A stretch of 6,491 nucleotides of DNA, from positions 1 through 6,491 of the IMG/VR virus record IMGVR_UViG_2700989228_000001; one strand, given 5' to 3'. The notes beneath the pieces are model-generated. The model made no database searches. It worked only from the letters and a program-made list of their open reading frames with translations, and was not told the origin of the DNA. Both the position numbers and the translations under genes were made by a program. Positions 5,376-6,491 of this stretch are shown here, piece by piece (within the stretch, counting starts at the first letter, position 1; the number at the start of each line of letters is the position of its first letter). This DNA comes from a virus.

Positions 5376-5481
5376 CGATGGTCTCGCTGCATTGTGAAGG
5401 CCGTGCCTGGTCTCGATCTGATCGCTGTTTGCCTGGTATCCTTATGGCCGTAGCCATCTTCCCGGCGGGTCCGGCGTGGCC

Positions 5482-5517
5482 CATGAAATCCCCCGGTATA
5501 ATATTGGGGATTTCATG
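5482..5517. promoter_or_regulatory. Perfect 12-bp hairpin with TATAAT exposed in its 12-nt loop; candidate complementary-strand origin or packaging signal
   Basis: CATGAAATCCCC (5482-5493) / GGGGATTTCATG (5506-5517). The loop is CGGTATAATATT, with TATAAT at 5497-5502. It lies in the only long non-coding region and has no adjacent U-tract. Confidence 0.4.
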
Positions 5518-5543
5518 TGCATATATGTACTTTTTCCTTTCCC

Positions 5544-5810
5544 TTATCGTGGCCATTTTAGCCCACGTGGAAGCCCTAATATGTAGTCGGCGGATACTTC
5601 GTATAGTAGGCATAGCGTGCGTAAGTGTTCAATAGGAAGGGGGTGTTTCCCTGCTTCATATTTGGCATAGTAACTTCTTTCAGTTTTTAGAATTTCTGCT
5701 ATTTCTGTTTGTGTCATGTCTTTATCTGTTCTTAACTCTTTTAGTATTTCGTTGTATGGTTTGCTCATTTTTTCTGCTTCTCCTTTGTTCATATTTACTG
5801 AATGTATCAT
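5544..5810 (-). CDS. XRE-family helix-turn-helix transcriptional regulator (phage repressor-like), 74-88 aa
   Basis: HTH_XRE-like core MTQTEIAEILKTERSYYAKYEAGKHPLPIEHLRTLCLLYEVSADYILGL. It is the only minus-strand gene and is more AT-rich than the rest. An internal ATG at 5768 (MSKPYNEILKELR..., 74 aa) is preceded by GGAG and is a plausible true start. Confidence 0.85.
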   Translation of the reverse strand: MIHSVNMNKGEAEKMSKPYNEILKELRTDKDMTQTEIAEILKTERSYYAKYEAGKHPLPIEHLRTLCLLYEVSADYILGLPRGLKWPR

Positions 5811-5827
5811 TTGTTACCTTTTTTGTG

Positions 5828-5857
5828 TTGACGTGGGTCACTTCTGACTCTTATAAT
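5828..5857 (+). promoter_or_regulatory. Sigma70-type promoter for the + strand replication module
   Basis: -35 TTGACG (5828-5833), 18-nt spacer, -10 TATAAT (5852-5857). It lies in the divergent gap between the XRE gene and the + strand operon. The inverted repeat GGGTCA (5835-5840) / TGACCC (5876-5881) brackets the -10 box. Confidence 0.6.
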
Positions 5858-5881
5858 TGTTTTTGGGGTGATATATGACCC

Positions 5882-6178
5882 TTGCCGAAAATTACAGATC
5901 CATCGGCAACGTTGGTACAGTTCGGCAATTCTATTTTTGAAAGGTGGAAAGCAAGTATGTCTATTTATGAGTATTCTTCGGTTCCCGAAAAGGTGGCGGA
6001 TGAGCGATGCTTGGCCTATCGTCGGGCTATGGCTGATGCGTCTGATGTAAATGAGGTGATTTCTGTTTTGGATGAAGCTGCTGTAGATCCTATGGTGTCT
6101 GTGGTTGCTTTTGGTTTTCTCTGCGAGTATGCCAGGCGTATGTTGGTAGTGTTTCGTTCGGTACATTTTGACATGTGA
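5882..6178 (+). CDS. Hypothetical protein, 98 aa from TTG 5882 or 73 aa from ATG 5957
   Basis: The frame is open with T-ending codon bias. ATG 5957 has the better SD (AAGGTGGA 5942-5949, 7-nt spacer). TTG 5882 has GGGGTGA 10 nt upstream, very close to the predicted transcript 5' end. Confidence 0.65.
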   Translation: MPKITDPSATLVQFGNSIFERWKASMSIYEYSSVPEKVADERCLAYRRAMADASDVNEVISVLDEAAVDPMVSVVAFGFLCEYARRMLVVFRSVHFDM

Positions 6179-6192
6179 AAGGAAGGTAAGCT

Positions 6193-6429
6193 ATGACAGT
6201 AAAAATCATCGGTAAGTCCCATCGTAAGGGTGTTTCCAAGAAGGGTAACGACTACGATTTCAATGTCGTGTATTTTGTTGGCCCTGATCGTGGTGTGACC
6301 GGTATGAAGGGTCTGGAGGCCATTCTTGACCCTGTTTCTTATCCTCTGGAATCTATCAATGTAGGTTCTGACTATGAACTGGAGTGGGGGCCGGGTGGTT
6401 CCCTGGTCTCTTTCAAGCCTGCTAAGTGA
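6193..6429 (+). CDS. ssDNA-binding protein, g5p-like, 78 aa
   Basis: SD AAAGGAAGG lies 6 nt before ATG 6193. Its size, position beside rep, and resemblance to recalled Ff gene V protein features support the call: GVSKKGNDY vs GVSRQGKPY, and C-terminal GSL...FKPAK vs GSL...LVPAK. Confidence 0.7.
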   Translation: MTVKIIGKSHRKGVSKKGNDYDFNVVYFVGPDRGVTGMKGLEAILDPVSYPLESINVGSDYELEWGPGGSLVSFKPAK

Positions 6430-6491
6430 TGGATGATTTCGAGGTGTCCGCTGCTGCTCTACGGCGGCTGCTTCGTCCTCTGGATGATGGG
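6416..6491. repeat. Terminal direct repeat, copy 2 (wrap-around); includes a duplicate 5' fragment of the 14-277 CDS (6429-6491)
   Basis: Identical to 1-76. Confidence 0.95.

Larger units (their letters stand above)
1..6415 (+). mobile_element. Complete circular inovirus-like (filamentous ssDNA phage) genome, unit length 6415 nt
   Basis: An exact 76-nt overlap of the window ends closes the circle. Gene set: g5p-like SSB, Rep_trans-like initiator, adsorption-like protein, many tiny TM coat-like proteins, Zot-like ATPase, divergent XRE repressor. The coding strand is T-rich and the genes are compact and overlapping. Confidence 0.75.

Noticed and set aside
5494-5543. A possible dif-like XerCD site (TATAATATT / GCATATATGTAC) for chromosomal integration
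   Set aside because: I could not recognise the conserved XerD arm (TTATGTnAA-type) or an 11-6-11 architecture. The resemblance is limited to AT-rich palindromic text.
5207-5635. 142-aa + ORF and 110-aa - ORF (5281-5613) spanning the non-coding region
   Set aside because: Neither has an SD or a recognisable motif. They run through terminator-like and perfect hairpin structures and overlap the ends of the Zot-like and XRE genes. The region is better explained as structured intergenic DNA.
1-6491. CRISPR arrays, rRNA, IS elements and toxin-antitoxin pairs
   Set aside because: There are no regularly spaced repeats, no transposase-like ORF and no terminal inverted repeats. No unassigned coding space is large enough for such features.

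Overview
The window is one complete copy of a small circular replicon plus a 76-nt wrap-around. Bases 1-76 are identical to 6416-6491, so the unit length is 6415 nt. Gene content and architecture fit a filamentous ssDNA phage (inovirus-like, Tubulavirales type). All but one gene lie on the + strand, whose codons mostly end in T. The genes are tightly packed, with overlapping stop/start codons. The + strand carries, in order: a g5p-like ssDNA-binding protein, an unknown 87-aa protein and a Rep_trans-like rolling-circle initiator. These are followed by a long secreted, C-terminally anchored adsorption-type protein and a run of 49-70 aa single-pass membrane proteins. That run includes a tandem pair of 55-aa coat-like paralogs and ends at a strong terminator. 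Last come a small membrane protein and a Zot/pI-like P-loop assembly ATPase. An XRE-family HTH repressor sits on the - strand, divergent from a near-consensus sigma70-type promoter. A 254-nt GC-rich hairpin-dense non-coding region is the likely origin or packaging region. No integrase and no secretin are present. Extended GGAGGTGAT Shine-Dalgarno sites and frequent GTG/TTG starts suggest a strongly SD-dependent host, possibly Firmicutes-like (inference). The main finding is a well-folded 74-nt tRNA gene at 1334-1407, between rep and the structural module, whose anticodon reads CTA (amber/UAG suppressor). TAG ends only one low-confidence small ORF. The best SD-positioned start of the second coat paralog (TTG 4204) is followed immediately by an in-frame TAG at 4207-4209. 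As far as I know, a suppressor tRNA and possible TAG read-through have not been described in a ~6.4-kb filamentous phage. All family assignments come from motif recognition by eye; no searches were run.
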